Numbered from the stretch's first letter, positions 49,273 to 63,800 are shown. The stretch: 64,000 nt of DNA from Polymyxa betae A26-41 (GCA_003693705.1 RBZT01000768.1:1-64000); one strand, 5' to 3'. The notes: generated from the letters alone by a model not told the origin. Numbers and translations are program-made.

Positions 49273-52200
49273 ATGGATGATTCCAATGGTGAACAGTCGA
49301 GTCTTGAGCGCCTTGATCAGCTCAGGCGACATTTGCCAGAGGTCATGTCCAGTCACATCCAGCAGCTGGAATCCGGCACTTTCGAAGAAGCAAACATGGT
49401 CAAGGTCATCTCATTGACCAAAGAAGCGTTCAAATCGGAAATCTGTGATCAAATATTTCGAGGTAGTTGATCACCCCTACCGTATTCTGGGTTTCAATTC
49501 GCTTCAGACGAATTAAGTACAGTCATGCCTTTCCTGACATTAATGGTCAAACAGCTCGCTGAGCCTAGCCTGAAAGTTTTGTATTCTCCTATTGTCGGTA
49601 CGTCAGGGAACTTGTTTTAAGACGAGTATGTAACTTTCTCTTAGACAACCTGATGCGTTTGTTTCGGTTTGTTAAGCGAAAAAACATCCTGGGGGTTCGC
49701 TACCTATTTTGCGATCTTCTTGGATGTATTTCTGAGATTTCACAATATGTTCAAAGTGGTGCTCATTATGCTGCTGAACAGGCGGGCGTACCCGTTCAAA
49801 TCTGCATGTTTTCGTCGTTTTGTCAGTTCATCTCGTGCCATTCCTTCAACTGCCAGAATGTAACAGATTTTTCTCCCACCGATTGCCAGCCGATTTCTTT
49901 CCAGTGCCAGATTCATCCCGTATCAAATCCACTCGTCGTTAACATCGAAACATTTAAGCGAATCGAATTATTTCATGCTTCATGCACTACGATCGCAGGA
50001 CAAATGGTCGCTGACAATATGTATCTGCACGATATATTATATACGCTCTCGTCACTGTTGTCAAAGCAAATTTTCGGGTTCTCATGTGAAGTTCAAGAGG
50101 TGATACTGGTCGGTCTAGCTCGCAACATCTTTATGTCTTTCGTTAGGCGACAGTTGGTGCTTTCGTGCAATACGTCAAGCATGCTCCATTACAGGCATCA
50201 TTCCCTGTGGTATTACAGGTGGTGGAGTTAATCTCGACCGATTGTTTCCGCACAGCGACCTTCGAATCGGAAGTTGCGGCTTTGCTCGAATTAACAAGAA
50301 AGCGGCTCGACTTCCAGTATATTAGGCCTATAGCGCTCGATATCTTGACGTACTCGCAAAGGGCCCTTGAAGTAGCACATACTTCATCTCTAAGAACCAG
50401 CTTGGTTCGTTTCGTATCGGAACTGTTCAAGGCCTTCCCTTATCTTAGGCTCTATGTGGATTCATTCAAGCAATTCTTTCGCAATCCCAACGTGTTAAAA
50501 TCTCTGTGCCCATTACTCAGCACTGTTTTGGAATCTCTTCCTGACACCTTTTTGTCGTCTTCATTGGCGGTTAATTCGGCTCCTGAAATCTCCCACGACC
50601 GTTCTTGCTCGAACTTTTTCGTAATTAACGCCTCGTGGTCATTCTTTCATGAATTCGCTCGGTCTGCTCTGGAAGCTCCTGTTTCCAAGTTCCCATCGCC
50701 CACGACCGAAGCGTCCAATGCGTTTTCCTGTGTTGCCTGCGTTTTTTCTTGCTTTGCACGTCAAAAAGATTGTGGTTTACTATCGCAGCTGACATCGCTT
50801 CTGAACGATTGGCTGCAAGCCATCTCAAATTTTTGTGTTGCCGTCTCTTCAAATTCTCAAGCGACACAGAATGCCACGCTTCTTCTCTCTGCATTTAATT
50901 TAATGTCGTCATGCTTCAGGTACCTGGAACCAAGTCTATTCCAGGTTTTACATCAATCATGCATATCACTTATCACGATTCCGTTCGCATCGTCAGACGA
51001 AAGTTTGAAATCGGATTTGATACTGTCCAGCTGTATACAGGCCTGGAGCAACCTTCCATTTTCACCTAACGATCAACTTGAAATGGATCTCGTACTGCAC
51101 CATCTGGGCCTGATTTTTCCCCGACTCCCATTCATCATGTTCCGGATATCGTCTGATCACGATATCAGAAGCAAACATCTCATTAGAGTAATAAGTGAGC
51201 TACATACCGGGCGCATTCAGCACCAGAATTCGAGAGATTTCATTCACTGCATTGGCTTGCTTTTCTGCATCCTTTCAAATTCGTGCTCCCTTCATTTCCA
51301 ACCTGATGACGATGTACCTGGGACATTGATTAAATGTCGTCTTTGCGATGAACCCAAACCGAATGGCGCCGTCTCGCAAGATTTAAAATATCCGCCCTGG
51401 TCTCTGTGTTCGTACTTTCTATGTTATCTCAATGAGGAGCATGCTGTCGAAGTTAGAGCTGAAATGTGCCGACAATTATTCAGATTGCTGTGCCATTCGA
51501 ATCGCGATGATCTTCATTGTGCGGCTCCATTGTTGCGCTCTTTATTGGTCGATCTTCTATTTGACCCCAAGCCTGAAATTCGAACAGCGACTGCCCAATC
51601 AATTCATCTTCTTGTATTTGGTGATAAAGAAACATGTGCTTTAGTGTCATTATGCGGTCCCACAAAGCAGGACGCAACTCGCCGTTCAAACTCTGTCCTG
51701 CATTCGATTCGATTTTTGGTGGAGAAACTTGTCGAGGTATGCTCTCTTGACATCCCCACAGCTCATCTAATGCTGATGTTCTAGGCTAATGAATGCCACA
51801 CTGATGAACGGCATAATGATAATCTCATGGATAAGTTCAAAGATGTCATTGCTGCGTTATCGTCGGTGGCCAAATATTTGACTGGCACAGCCCAATCTGT
51901 GATCGTGTTCGTCTTAATTCAGCAAATGATGCACGACGATGTCAGCTTACGTGCTATGGCCTATAAGCAGATTTGCGATATCGCCTTGCATTTGGGCATC
52001 TCAACCGCTGACCTCATCCATCAGCCGTATATAGAGGAGTGTCTTCTCCTATGGATGCCGGAATGTCCTCTGGTTTGCGATGAAGTTTGTGAGGCATTCT
52101 TGGGCACCAGCGTTTGCGATTTCCTACATCGATGCTTACCCCGCGTCCTACCAGGCCTGATTCTGAAGCATTCCGAAGAAGCTCTTCACGAAATCGGACT

Positions 52201-55200
52201 GAGACTTGGCGTTTCGGTTCGCAGCTTCGTTATGGATAGAATATCTCCAATATTACTTCGAATTCTTCTTGATAATGATCCAGAAGAAAGCAAAGCGGCA
52301 TCTGCGATCGCCTTCCTCTCTGATAAAGTGATCCCTGGGTTCAGGTTTTCCGAATTGCTGAAACAATCCAAATCCCTGCTTTTGGAGAATTTGGTTGATG
52401 CAATGGGCATTCCAAACCAATGTGAGAATGCAAAATACGCCCTTCAAATCCTTGTTCTTGCAGATTCGGGGTCTGCATTCAGTGATTATGTCACTGAGAA
52501 AATCGACCTCTCCGTTAACGATAATCAAATGTCATCGTTCTGTTGTGAATATTTCTTGATGATGTCCGATTACCTGTGCCAGTTCATTCAAGGATCGAAT
52601 TGCTCTGAAGATCGCAAGCTACAAGCTTTTCGCAGCCTGGACTGCTTATGTCATCTAGTCGGGAACCGCATCTATAACTTCTCTTCGAAGCTGATCGCAA
52701 CTGTCAAATTAGCGCTGGATCGCTCTGGCTTGGACTCGATCAAACTGGAAGCTCTTAAGATATTCGAGGCGTTCATCAAATTGCTATCCAATGATCAACT
52801 GAGCACTTGTCTCAGCCAGTTGGTCGTAACATTACTTTCTTGTTGGCATTCCAATGGGAATGCATCATTACGACAAAGCATTACCGCTCTATTGGAAACG
52901 TTGCTTATCAAGAAACGGCAAGCTCTCTGCGACAGTTTTAATGAGATTCCGATGATTCCCGATGACCCTTCTTTACACCATATCAAGACTTCGGTAGAAG
53001 CATTCACAAGCGGCTGTAGTGTTGTAAAGAAACTTGTAGGCTTGCGAAAAGTTTCATTTGTTCTAGTGATCTTAAGTTTGGATAGGATAACCTCATCCGT
53101 CTGATGGATCATCCAAGTGCCAATGTCAGAGAGATGGCTCTGTCTCAACTACGAATATTATTACTTCATTATGAGAATGATATTCATGCATTAATTTCGA
53201 GCAACGACACCCAGCTAACTCAAGTAGTCATCACCTTAATGCATCGCTGTTCAGATCCCTCAGCAGAAGTACGTCTTCTGTCTGCCGAGTGCATCGGCGT
53301 TTTGGGTGCCCTTGATCCAGTACAAATCGGTTACGTTAACGTTCGTAACGAGCCGGCTGCCATCAGCACAGTCGACGACTTCGCTGTGGCCCTTTGTGTT
53401 GACTACCTTATTAATGCGATTCGATCTTTACCTCCAGCCGATCAGAACAGATCCATGTTCGCTCTGCAGGAGATTTTGAAGTTTGTTGGATGTCGCCCTG
53501 AGACTCCTGACCTCGCCCGAGACCCGTCTCTGCATACAGAATTGTTAGAAACAGATCGCCGGGCAGTCGCGTTTTGGTCAAAGATCCCTGTTGAGCTTCG
53601 CGATGTGGCTGTTCCCTGTCTGCTGTCGAATTTCGTAATCCCATCGAGAAAGCCCTCACCTTATGACGGTAACGTCTTCTGGCGTCATGAGATTTCTTAC
53701 GAACGATGGCTTGCTGAATGGACTCGCTTTCTGATCGCTAATAGTAAAGGACCGCTAAAGCCCATATTTGAAGCATGTCAAGGCGTCGTTGTTTCAGATT
53801 TAGCAACCGCCCGATTTCTTCTTCCACATCTGGTTATCGCCATTCTACTGGCGGAAGATCAAACCTGCATCGAACAGATTCGCAAAGAGATTCTCACCAT
53901 TCTGGATCACGCCATAACCGAAGGCCCTCGTCCTATTCGATCTGAGCAAAGCTCGCTGCAAACCATCTTCGATCTGCTGGATTTACTGCGAATGGGCTAC
54001 GAATCGCAACGCTGTCGTACGCTCCCAATCGCTTTAAAGAAACTACGTTGCTTTGAGTATGCGACATACCCATGTGTTGCAATACAGGAATTGTTAGACT
54101 CGATCCCGCATATGACGTTAGCTCGGTCTGCTCATGCTTGCGGTGCGACAGCTCGGGCGTTACGTCATTTTGAGCAACACATCCGCCAAACTGATGCCCT
54201 CCTGACCTCACAACATCTCGAATTCCTTCAGTCGCTGTTCTGCGATCTCGACGACGTCGACGGAATGAAAAGTATCCCAGCCCTACGAACAGAACCAGCG
54301 ACCCCGTCAGAGCAGGGCCGCGATTACGAGAGTCTCGGCCAATGGAATATGGCGTTAATCTGCTACCAAGAAGAATGCCGAAGCCATCTGGATAATCACA
54401 ACTCCAGGGCCCGCCTCCTTCACAGCATGTTCAAACTGGGTCAGTACGAGAACTGCATTGCTCACGTCCGGAAATTTCTGGACGATGGCGCCGCCCCGGT
54501 TCCTTTACTTCAAGGTCGCATAATTTCGCTGGGCATTGAAGCGGCCTGGAGGATTTCCGATTGGGAGGCGCTGCAACACCTCACCGAACATCATCCAGAT
54601 CAGTCATGTTTCGAAGTCGGTCTAGGTCGTGTATTCATATCCTGGAAGCAACAGAATGTTGGTGACATTGAATCGGCGCTGCGATTTACTCGCATCGGTG
54701 TCATGGGCAAGTTGGCTGCCGCCGCTCAAGAGTCGTATTCGCGCGCCTACCCGTTCTGGGTCCAGTTGCAGCTGTTACATTCATTCTCGACGGCGTTAGG
54801 CCATGTCTCATCACGTTCGTCCTGGGATTGGTTCCGAGATGTGAACAATATGCAGCCGAAGTTCTCAGTTCGTGAGTCGCAGTTGTCCCTGCTGCGTACT
54901 GTATTCGAGCTATCAGGTTGGCCGGATATGGCCGGCCGCTGCTGGTTACAACTAGCTCGGGAAGCTAGACGTTCAGGTGAGCTCGAACAGGCGTCGTACG
55001 CTGCCTTGCGTGCCCAGCGCCTTCAGATACGAAATTCCGGTATCGAACAAGCCAAGATATTACGAGCCCAAGGTCTCCTACATCAGGCTCTGAACGTCCT
55101 CGAGGAATACTCGAATGTCGATACGTCGATCGTGGCTGACAGCCTGAGCGCTGACCGGCAGATTGAACTGTGTAACATGGCGTGCCTGGTGGGCCAGTAC

Positions 55201-57339
55201 ATGCAGGAGAGCGCATCACGAACCTCGAATCTGGTTTTGAGCTGTTATAGAAAGGCGATCTCCCAATTCCCGAACTCTTCACGGGCCCATTTTCTGTTGG
55301 CGTCCTACAGTGATATGGTTTTACGTTCGGCGTTGAACGAACCCGACCTCAATGATAATAAGCGACACGCTCAGATCAGGGAGCATGCACCCCAAATAAT
55401 TCGACATTACATCGCATCTGTTCGAGAAAGGTCGACCTGCGTCTTTGAGAGTATGCCGAGAATCATCACTTTGTTCTGTGAGTTAGCACCTGTTGCTAGG
55501 ACCAACTCCAAATCCTCAGATGATCCAGAACGGATCGCCAAAGATGCTGTCGATGCCATACCAGCCCAGCATTGGTTTCTTACTTTGCCGCAGATCATAT
55601 CCAGGCTACAAAACGATAACCCGGTTATTCAGAATTTCTTGAAATCGATACTCACCAAGACGATTCTAACATACCCGCGACAGACGACCTGGCATGTGGC
55701 CTCGATCGCCAATTTCAAAAATGAAAAGCGCAAGCAAGCCGTTGTGCTCGTCTTGAACTCGGTTATCAAACAAATGCCGCAAAAGCGTGGCGAAGAACTC
55801 ATTCAAGCTCAGAAATTGTTGCGATTACTGATCGAGTTATGCACCGCGGCTGTTAATCCCGACAACAAATCGATCAGGTTCCCGAGCGGCTTGCGTCGGT
55901 TCCTGCGAGCGTCATCACCGTGCCTTATAATGCCTTTGCAAGCGACACTGACTGTTGCCATTCCGGAACCTATTGACCAAGATGGCGACCTGACCGCATC
56001 TGGTACTGGCCTTGATATGAAACCCTTCTGTGAAGAGCCGGCCATGTTGCAGGCCATCGATGAAGCTGTTCAAGTTCTGGGCACCAAGGAGAAGCCACGC
56101 AAAGCTGCGTTTATCGACACGAATGGCAACAGGCATTGGTTTCTTTGTAAAATCGAAGGCGAAGGCGATATGCGAAAGAATTCTCGCATGATGGATTTTG
56201 CTGCTGTAATGAACCGATTATTCCGCTGCTTTCCTCACGGTATACTGGCTATGTTTGTAACTGTTTCATAAGTTAATTCCTATGTCCAGCTCGACAGCGT
56301 CAGCTACGTCTAAGGACTTTCGCCGCTTTACCATTACGAGAAGATTGCGGGATCATCGAGGTTCGGTTCGTACAATCATCTTTGTTGAAATTACTGACTT
56401 GGCATTAGTGGATTCCGGATACCATCTCGTTACGTAGCTTGCTAGAGCATTACCAGTACGACCAGCCTTACAAGAGCCGCGAACTGTTCAAGATTTACAA
56501 TGAAATTACGAGACCACCGGCCATTCGTTACAAGCAGATGCTTGAGAAGGTGCCGCCGCTGATGCACCGATTCTTTCTGGACAAATTCCCAGACCCAAAG
56601 TTCGTCAAAAGGAATCGATATCTGCGCCCATTATTTATTTGTATTGATAGTTGCTGGTACGAATCGCGGTTGATTTTCACCCGATCGTGGGCAGCGTGGT
56701 GCATTGTCGGACATATTCTTGGACTTGGCGATCGTCATTGTGAAAACATTCTCAGTCCGTTGCAGTCAGCATATCGATGAGTTTTTGTCTAAATTTATTC
56801 AGTTGATCACAAGACCGGGGAAGCCGTGCACGTCGATTTCGATTGCCTTTTCGATCGAGGCCTGAATCTTCGCACACCGGAAGTCGTACCATTCCGTCTC
56901 ACTCAAAACGCCCTGGATGGTATGGGCATTACAAAGGTACGAAAAAGCTGCCTCGTTTCTTTTAAAGTTTTTACGATCGACCTGCAATCAGTATGAAGGG
57001 GCATTCCGGTCGTGCTGCCACATCGTCTTGAATGTTCTTCGGACTCATCACGAAACGGTCAAGAACTGTCTCGAGACGTTTGTCCACGACCCGCTTGTCG
57101 AATGGATCGGACCATCGAGCTCTGTCGGCGCTCGTAAAGCAATGAATGATATCGAAAAACGTCTCGCAGGCCGTATTGGTGACTCGATTCTGACGGTCAC
57201 CATCGAAGGGTACGTTGAGCATCTCATTCAGCAAGCAACATCTCCTGACAACCTCGGCCGTATGTTTGTTGGTAAGTGCTGGTTCTTTACCCATAAAAGA
57301 ATTCAGGTTATATGTATAGGGTGGGCACCGTGGATGTAA
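49273..57339 (+). CDS. ATR: ATR/Mec1 PIKK checkpoint kinase, multi-exon
   Basis: HEAT region, UME-like segment, CIGVLGALDP, FLLPHLV, FAT domain (RALRHFE, ESYSRAY), kinase KEKPRK, DMRKNSRMMDF, LGLGDRHCENIL, HVDFDCLF, PEVVPFRLTQN, HDPLVEW, FATC LGRMFVG/WAPWM. Confidence 0.95.
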
Positions 57340-57394
57340 TATATATAGAGGTTATTTTAACGCTTGGGGATGTAATATTTATAAATCTCGGGGC

Positions 57395-58527
57395 TCATAT
57401 TGTACGACGATGTCGAGAGCGTCTTCCTTGAGCATTACGATCGATTTGAGCATATGCCCTTTTGACTCGGTACAATTCTCCCCATTGCAGTAATGTCATA
57501 GGAGGATGATCAGGCCCAGGATATAACATCCCTGGATCCTGTTGTTTCAAATGTTTCAACAGCTTCTTCGCCATCAAATCTGAATGCTCGGACTGATATT
57601 GACCTGTTTTGATTATCGCTGCCATATTCAAAGCCTGATTGATGTCAGACAGGCTGCAATGTCGCTACAGAGCCCGACCTGATCGACGTTGATGCCGTTT
57701 TGGCGCTGCTCGCTGTATGTCGATTTCTTCTTGCCAAGCGCGAAACACATCCGCACCAGCTGTTCCTGCGAGAGATTGCCGAACGCTCTCCTGACGTTAT
57801 TCAGGACGATCTCGTGTGCGTCCTGGGGGCGATCATGCAGAAATTCAGCGAACAAGCCTCGAACCAGCCGAGGAGCGCCCAACGCAATCAGATCCTATCA
57901 AGCCACTGCATAATCAGCGAAAGCCGCTGTTCGTTAACAAGCCGACCGAATCCTCGGACGCCACCGCGTCGACGAGCCGTAGCGAGTCGTGGGCCAGTAG
58001 GGCGCAGAACGAATCGGCATCGTGTGTGGCCGTGATCCAGGCCACATGTTCATGATCGAGGGCTCGTTTCACAAGGCTCCAGATACCGCTGTCCGCTGCC
58101 GATTTCGGCCGATGCAGCTCGACCCGCACCTCCTTCCAGTGATCGCATCGCGCCACCGGCCGTACTGGCTCACGATGCGACCGCTGTTCGCCTCCTGTAT
58201 GGCGAGAGTTCAATAATCGGTCGTCATCTGACGACGGAACATCTCATTACGGCTCGAGGTGCAGGGCGGCATTCTATCAGAGCCGTCGAAGACGAATATA
58301 GGCTCGATATTGAACGATATGATATGACGAGCCCAGCTGGCGAACAGGTCTGCGATCTGGGAGGGAGATGTCTGACGTTCCCGGCAGAGGTGAAGGTAGA
58401 GATTGGTATCGATAGCGATTCGGGATCCGGCCATGGACCTGTATGATATGGGACGTAGTGGGCGCTCTACATCCGGCAGACGACTCGACAATCGTCGTAG
58501 AATTGATATGAGATCACGGAATCCCAT
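57395..58527 (-). CDS. Divergent compact XPG/FEN1/EXO1-family 5' nuclease
   Basis: N-terminal MGFRDL, RIAIDTNLYL, IEPIFVFDG, HDADSFCALL, AVASEDS/DLIALGAP, LSQEQLVRMCFALG. Confidence 0.8.
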
Positions 58528-58804
58528 CTCATCACCACCAGGCAGTGATTGATCAGAACGTCGGTTTCCGCAATCAAACCGTGGTGTCGCACTCCTTACA
58601 CGACGATTTCCCTCCAATGTTTCCGCTTCCAAACATCATCCAATGGGCATTCGTACATTCCGGAACTATCAACGACATTCTCAAGTCTTGAAACCTGAGT
58701 AAAATGTCGCCTGATATCATGATGAGAGGAGGCCGGCATGATGGAGGCGGGGCCTCCTTCTTCTGTGATTATGGGGGAGCGGCCTCCTGTCCTAAATCGT
58801 CTGA

Positions 58805-60038
58805 ATGATGCCTGGACTACGTCAAGTTCAGACAGATATTCTAATAGGTCATCATGGGTCTGTTCAGTGTCTCTATCGGGTTCCAGGACCAGAACTACAG
58901 ATCTTGTCTGGTGACGTCGAGGGTGTAGTCTGCGTCTGGGATCCAGCTCGATCCACCCAGGCAGTTCAGTCGATCGAAGTCGGATCCGAGGCTATTAGCA
59001 GCGTTGTCTGTGTCGACGACCATTATCTGTATGTGGCGGCCGGCTGCGATCTGCATCGGTTCGATCGTAGGCGGCCGGATCGCCAGCTCGAGCTGGTGTT
59101 CAGCGCCGAAGACGACATCAATCAAATCTCGGTCGAAGGACGTCATATGGCCTGGTGTGATGATAGCGGCGCCCTAACGTTGGCGTCAATTGATCCTGAT
59201 TCCAATATCGAGGTTTATCGCTGCTTAGAATCTGGTATGGGATCTGTCATAATTCCGTCCTTGTTCTGATTGAAATCAGCCCATGATAATATATGCAGTT
59301 CTGTCCTAATATCGGCAGGGGATGATGACGACGATCCCGTCGTTTACACAGCCGGAATGGATTCAACGATTCGCGTCTGGGATCTCGAGTACGTCGAGGT
59401 TTTCAATATGGGTTTAGGGTTTCCCTTCTCAGTCAATGGTGCTGAATGGAAATCGGCAGCGGCGACGAGATCGAACGCCTAGAAACCGGCACGGCGGGAC
59501 CAGATCCTGGAACTTTCCAGCAACCATCTCTTGTGCATTGGTTAGCGTGTTCGGGCGACGGCGGCTTGCTGGCAGCAGGCCTGCAATCTGCCGATATTAT
59601 CCTGGCTGATACACAGACGTATTCGATGGGTCTACTTCACGCTCACACATCCATCGTCAGCAATGTTCATTTTGCCGCTTTCCGATCACGTCCGATCCCA
59701 ATCCCATGGCTATCGACCGCCTGTCTGATTTCTCGTTTAGGTGATATTCTTTTGTCGGCGTCATCTGATTCGACCTTGGTCATATGGAATCTGGACCCAT
59801 CAGCTGTTCTACCAGATGATGGTACTTTGCGGCAGTTCAGTGATGCTGAGAGGTCGCTCTTCGATATGAATCTGATACAGGCTCGTATAAGGTTCATTAT
59901 CGGTATTCTCTATGATCCCACGCTCAAGATGTGCTCTATAGGTTGCCTTATAAACCAAATGATATCACAACCAGCATACAAGGTCAGGTCTATGTTGCGG
60001 ATACGTCGCCCGATATTCATGTCTATAATATTTTATAA
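58805..60038 (+). CDS. WD40-repeat protein, WDR53-like
   Basis: GHHGSVQCL, LSGDVEGVVCVWD, EDDINQI, CDDSG, AHDNICSSV, AGMDSTIRVWD, AHTSIVS, LSASSDSTLVIWN. Confidence 0.85.
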
Positions 60039-60069
60039 ACGTTCTTAAGGATGCGATTGTCGTACTCCT

Positions 60070-63000
60070 GCTTAGGCTGCCTTCAAACGATATGGATATA
60101 TGCTCGCCATTGGTGATGATCGTTTGTCGGAACGGTTGCAGCAAAATCTCAATCCATTCCAGCATGTCGTTCGGAGATTCTTGGCAGCAGTCTAGTTTCG
60201 AGGCAATTGTTTTGGATCCAAAATCCAGTGTCCCGTGGTTCTTAAGCCCTTCAGTACTGCCCAGAGATTTGCTAAATACAATCAGTCGCTTGATGAATAT
60301 AGGCGACTAAACTGCTGGGACAGGAAGAATCTCTGTAAATGTATTCGTAATATGTATCTAGAACATCGTTCTACTAAAGTAAGAACCGAGCAACTCAACC
60401 GCTCAGTCATCGATCCATTGCAGCTCGATCAGCGATAGATCGACCAGATCCGATTTTCCGGGAAATTCGCGATCCTTGCCTTGAACCTTGTTCTTGTTCA
60501 TCAGTGCCTGGTTCGGCCGCGATCCGACCTCGTCATCCATCTCTGACAAAGTTTCAATCGGTCTGTAGGCAGATCGCATAGCTTCGCCTTGGCACAGCCC
60601 ATCATTATCGTCGACGTCGTCATCAGGCAGACCTGATGTGGGAATTCCTTCCGATAAATCACTGCCGACATCCAGATCTCGTTCCGGGGAACTTGGCGTC
60701 GACTTTAATGGACAGGGAGTCAGATCTGGTACCGTGATCGACATCTCCATCAGCGAACTGGGCGGCGATCCCACAGCGAGGATGTTCTCGTAATCAACAT
60801 CTTCGCCTCGTCCACTGATAATATCAGTGAGCAGCGTCGCCGCCAGCCGGACGTCGTCATTAGAATCGAATCGGGCGGCAACGATCAGATCGGAAATGGA
60901 GCTGGGTGCCGAACGCAGTACAGCGGGAGACCTGAAGGCCAACGCCCAGATCAACTTGAGGCCCCAAAGCCGCGTCTCCGCACATGCATGACGTCCACAC
61001 GACTCGGCGATTGCTTCATGCCAGGGCTCAGCTGGGCCAGCACGCCAGGCTTGGTCCAGATTGTCACTGGAGAAATGCGATCGGGTCAAGTTCAGGCTGG
61101 CCCAGAAAGCAATGCGCCGGACGTTGTTCCAATTGGTATCGATGGCGAGAGCCTGCAGCCAGATCCAGGTCCGTTCTATGATAGGACATGGCCACGGCCT
61201 CAAAGTCATCATCGTCCCGAGAAGTTCAGCAATAGCAAACTGGGTCGGAGGGTTGGGATCCGCCTCGGCCACGTCCAGAACGGCCAAGATCACTGCCGAA
61301 TCTATTACAAAAATGAGCGGAACAGGCACGAAAGCGAATAGTGAGCGGTCATACGCACCCAGAGCAACTTGTGGTGTACTGATGATCTGTTTTAAGATCT
61401 GCAGACACAAATGGCGAAGGTCGTTGTCCATTAGCATGGATCGCAAACAGGATGCGATTGTGACCATATCGAGGCGTAACACTGAGCAGTGGTCGGCGAC
61501 TTCGACGGCCTCCAATACGAATTGCAGCAGGTCCCGACGCCGTACCGGATCCTTTATATCAACGAGGCCTTGGAACAGATATGACAGAGTCCCGGTCTGG
61601 ATAACGATCTCTTGGACCAAGGTTCTGCATCGATCAGCTAGTTGTGATCTTGCAGTGGACCTGTTCGACCAGATCCAGACCAGATCGCGGATCTGATCAC
61701 AAGACAGCCTAGGTCGGAGCTTGACGATCAAGACGTGGATTAGGTCGAACATGGCGTCCTGAACACAATCTGGTAGCCAGACCAGGATCCGCATTAGCAA
61801 CACCATCAATCCGCTGCTTGGCTCTATAAACTCCACTCAATAACCAATAGCGAACATGCACACCAGACAACAGACCCAGGGCCGGCACGACTTGACGTAG
61901 GACTTGGAGCAGAGGGGTCTTTGGTGAACCATGACGCAGCATCTGGACGCCGGCTTCGACGATGGGTGTTGCTATGCGATCGATGGAGACAATGTGGTTG
62001 GCAGAAGTCGTGACGATGGCATTGTGCAGTGCAATAACCAAGATCAGCGCTTCCCAATACATCTGAAATAGATCCATGTGGATCTGATCGCCACGTTCCA
62101 ACTCCGACATGATCATTATCGTTAATCGATCGATCAGCCCAACCAGATCGTATTGGACAGGCCGAGGGCCGTCACTTTCCAATCACGATTAGCGGTTCGG
62201 TGATATGTAAATGCGACCTGATCATACCCGGTAGCCCTTTCTAGATTAACAGCAGCGATTCGTATGATTAATTGTAGAGAGCGACGTACGTAGTCGGTTG
62301 GCGTGTTATCTATCGATATCATTTCCGCACATAGGTCCAGAATCTACAATGCGTATTATCAGGTGCAGATCAACTATGTGGTATATTGTTGACCTCTGCT
62401 TGATATTGAGTATCAGGAATGTATGATATAATCATAACCCAGACTTGATCCACGACCCAATGTGTATGAGAGTATCGCTCTTGAGAGCACTCCATCACAT
62501 CCGCTATCATCTCCTGTCTCATCTCCATATCCCACTATTATCAGGATTTACCGATACCGTTTAGGGTTTCATGACTGCCTACCTTCAGGCGATGAAACGC
62601 CGCCAGAATCAGGCGAAGCACGGTCGCTATGGAACAATCCGATATGGAATAGGCCAGAGCCTGGTGCAGAGCAGGTTCAAAGACGGTCTCGACCAGAGCC
62701 TGTACGGCACCAGGTGTCATCAGGAACAGATTCGTGATAGAGGCTACCAGGACAGGCTCGACAAGATCAGCATCGTGCGCCATCAATAAGCTGGCCACGA
62801 TCGTGTCCATCATCGGAACACAATCGCAGCCGATCGTCTCCAGCAGGAACTCCAGAGCCCGCGACGCCGCTTGCCGTACGTATGGCAGAGAATGGGCCAG
62901 CATCGGGCCGACAGCGTCGACGAGCGGCTCGATTTTGGCGCTGCGATGCAGATCGGACATGGACATTGGTTGGCCAGATATATCGCCCAGTATTTGCAGA

Positions 63001-63800
63001 AGTCGATCGGTTTTAGCAGTCGGAAAGAAAGTCGCCGCTGATAAAAGCAGCAATGACTCCCGCGAACAGATCGTCGTTCTGGTTTCATCTGGCCCATGCT
63101 GTACATTGCCTCAGTTAAAAGAGTTTGAAAAAGCGATCGTCGACATTTACCTGTTCCAGCAAAATTGCAGCAGATTGAAAAATCTGTAGGGCAATTTACA
63201 AAACTGATAACAACAACGATGACGAAGCGTTCGGCAGACCTCGGATGCTTGCAGAAAGGACCGCGAATCGATCAGGGCCAGGCCGCATAGTAGATCGGTA
63301 ATGATAACGTTCTGCCACAGCGATCGTTGCCTGAACCAGGCCGACAGATTCAGAAGGTCAATGAGCTGCGATTTGTCAGGTGATTCAGTGAGGTCGTAGC
63401 CATAGACAGAGACTGTCATGGGCCGATCGCAGACGAACCCGTAAACCACCGACAACGTTGTTGTTGCCGACCTTACAGGATAGAGCAGCGAATCGCCGTC
63501 CGAAACGGCATCCACGAACGATTCCTGGCCAATGCGAATTTTGGGTAAGGGCTCGGATGATTCCGGGTCAATTCGCAGATGAACTGCCTCGATTAGGCAT
63601 AGATGAGGGAGATGTACGATAATGAGTGGCGATGTAGGTCGGCATTGGCAGTTATATTGATGAAGAAGTCGCGACGATTTCGGCTGCGATTCCAACATGG
63701 CCGTCTGTCGATGGGCTTCAGCCAGCCTGGTCCTGACAACATTGAACGAACAGACCGTCACAATGATTGGATCATCATGTCTTGGGTAGCAAACAGCCAT
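60070..63800 (-). CDS. Large uncharacterised ARM/HEAT-like helical protein, multi-exon (ends uncertain)
   Basis: Consecutive Leu-rich ORFs with HEAT-like motifs (LAHSLPYVRQAASRAL, FDSNDDVRLAATLL) separated by GT-AG introns. Confidence 0.6.

Noticed and set aside
172-58527. RAD51 paralog, INCENP, ATR and XPG-like nuclease as a genome-maintenance cluster
   Set aside because: Spread over 58 kb among unrelated housekeeping genes; consistent with chance in a compact genome.
59443-59445. Apparent in-frame TGA in WDR53 (and at ~42250), suggesting stop-codon reassignment or selenocysteine
   Set aside because: Using the acceptor at 59459 gives WDLDGDEIERL with no stop, and the other case also resolves with different splice sites. 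TGA ends normal genes here (eRF3, NOP6).
19488-63189. Many long antisense ORFs in the track (e.g. 21270-21755, 61061-61696, 62734-63189)
   Set aside because: They are shadows of real genes on the opposite strand with no domain signal.
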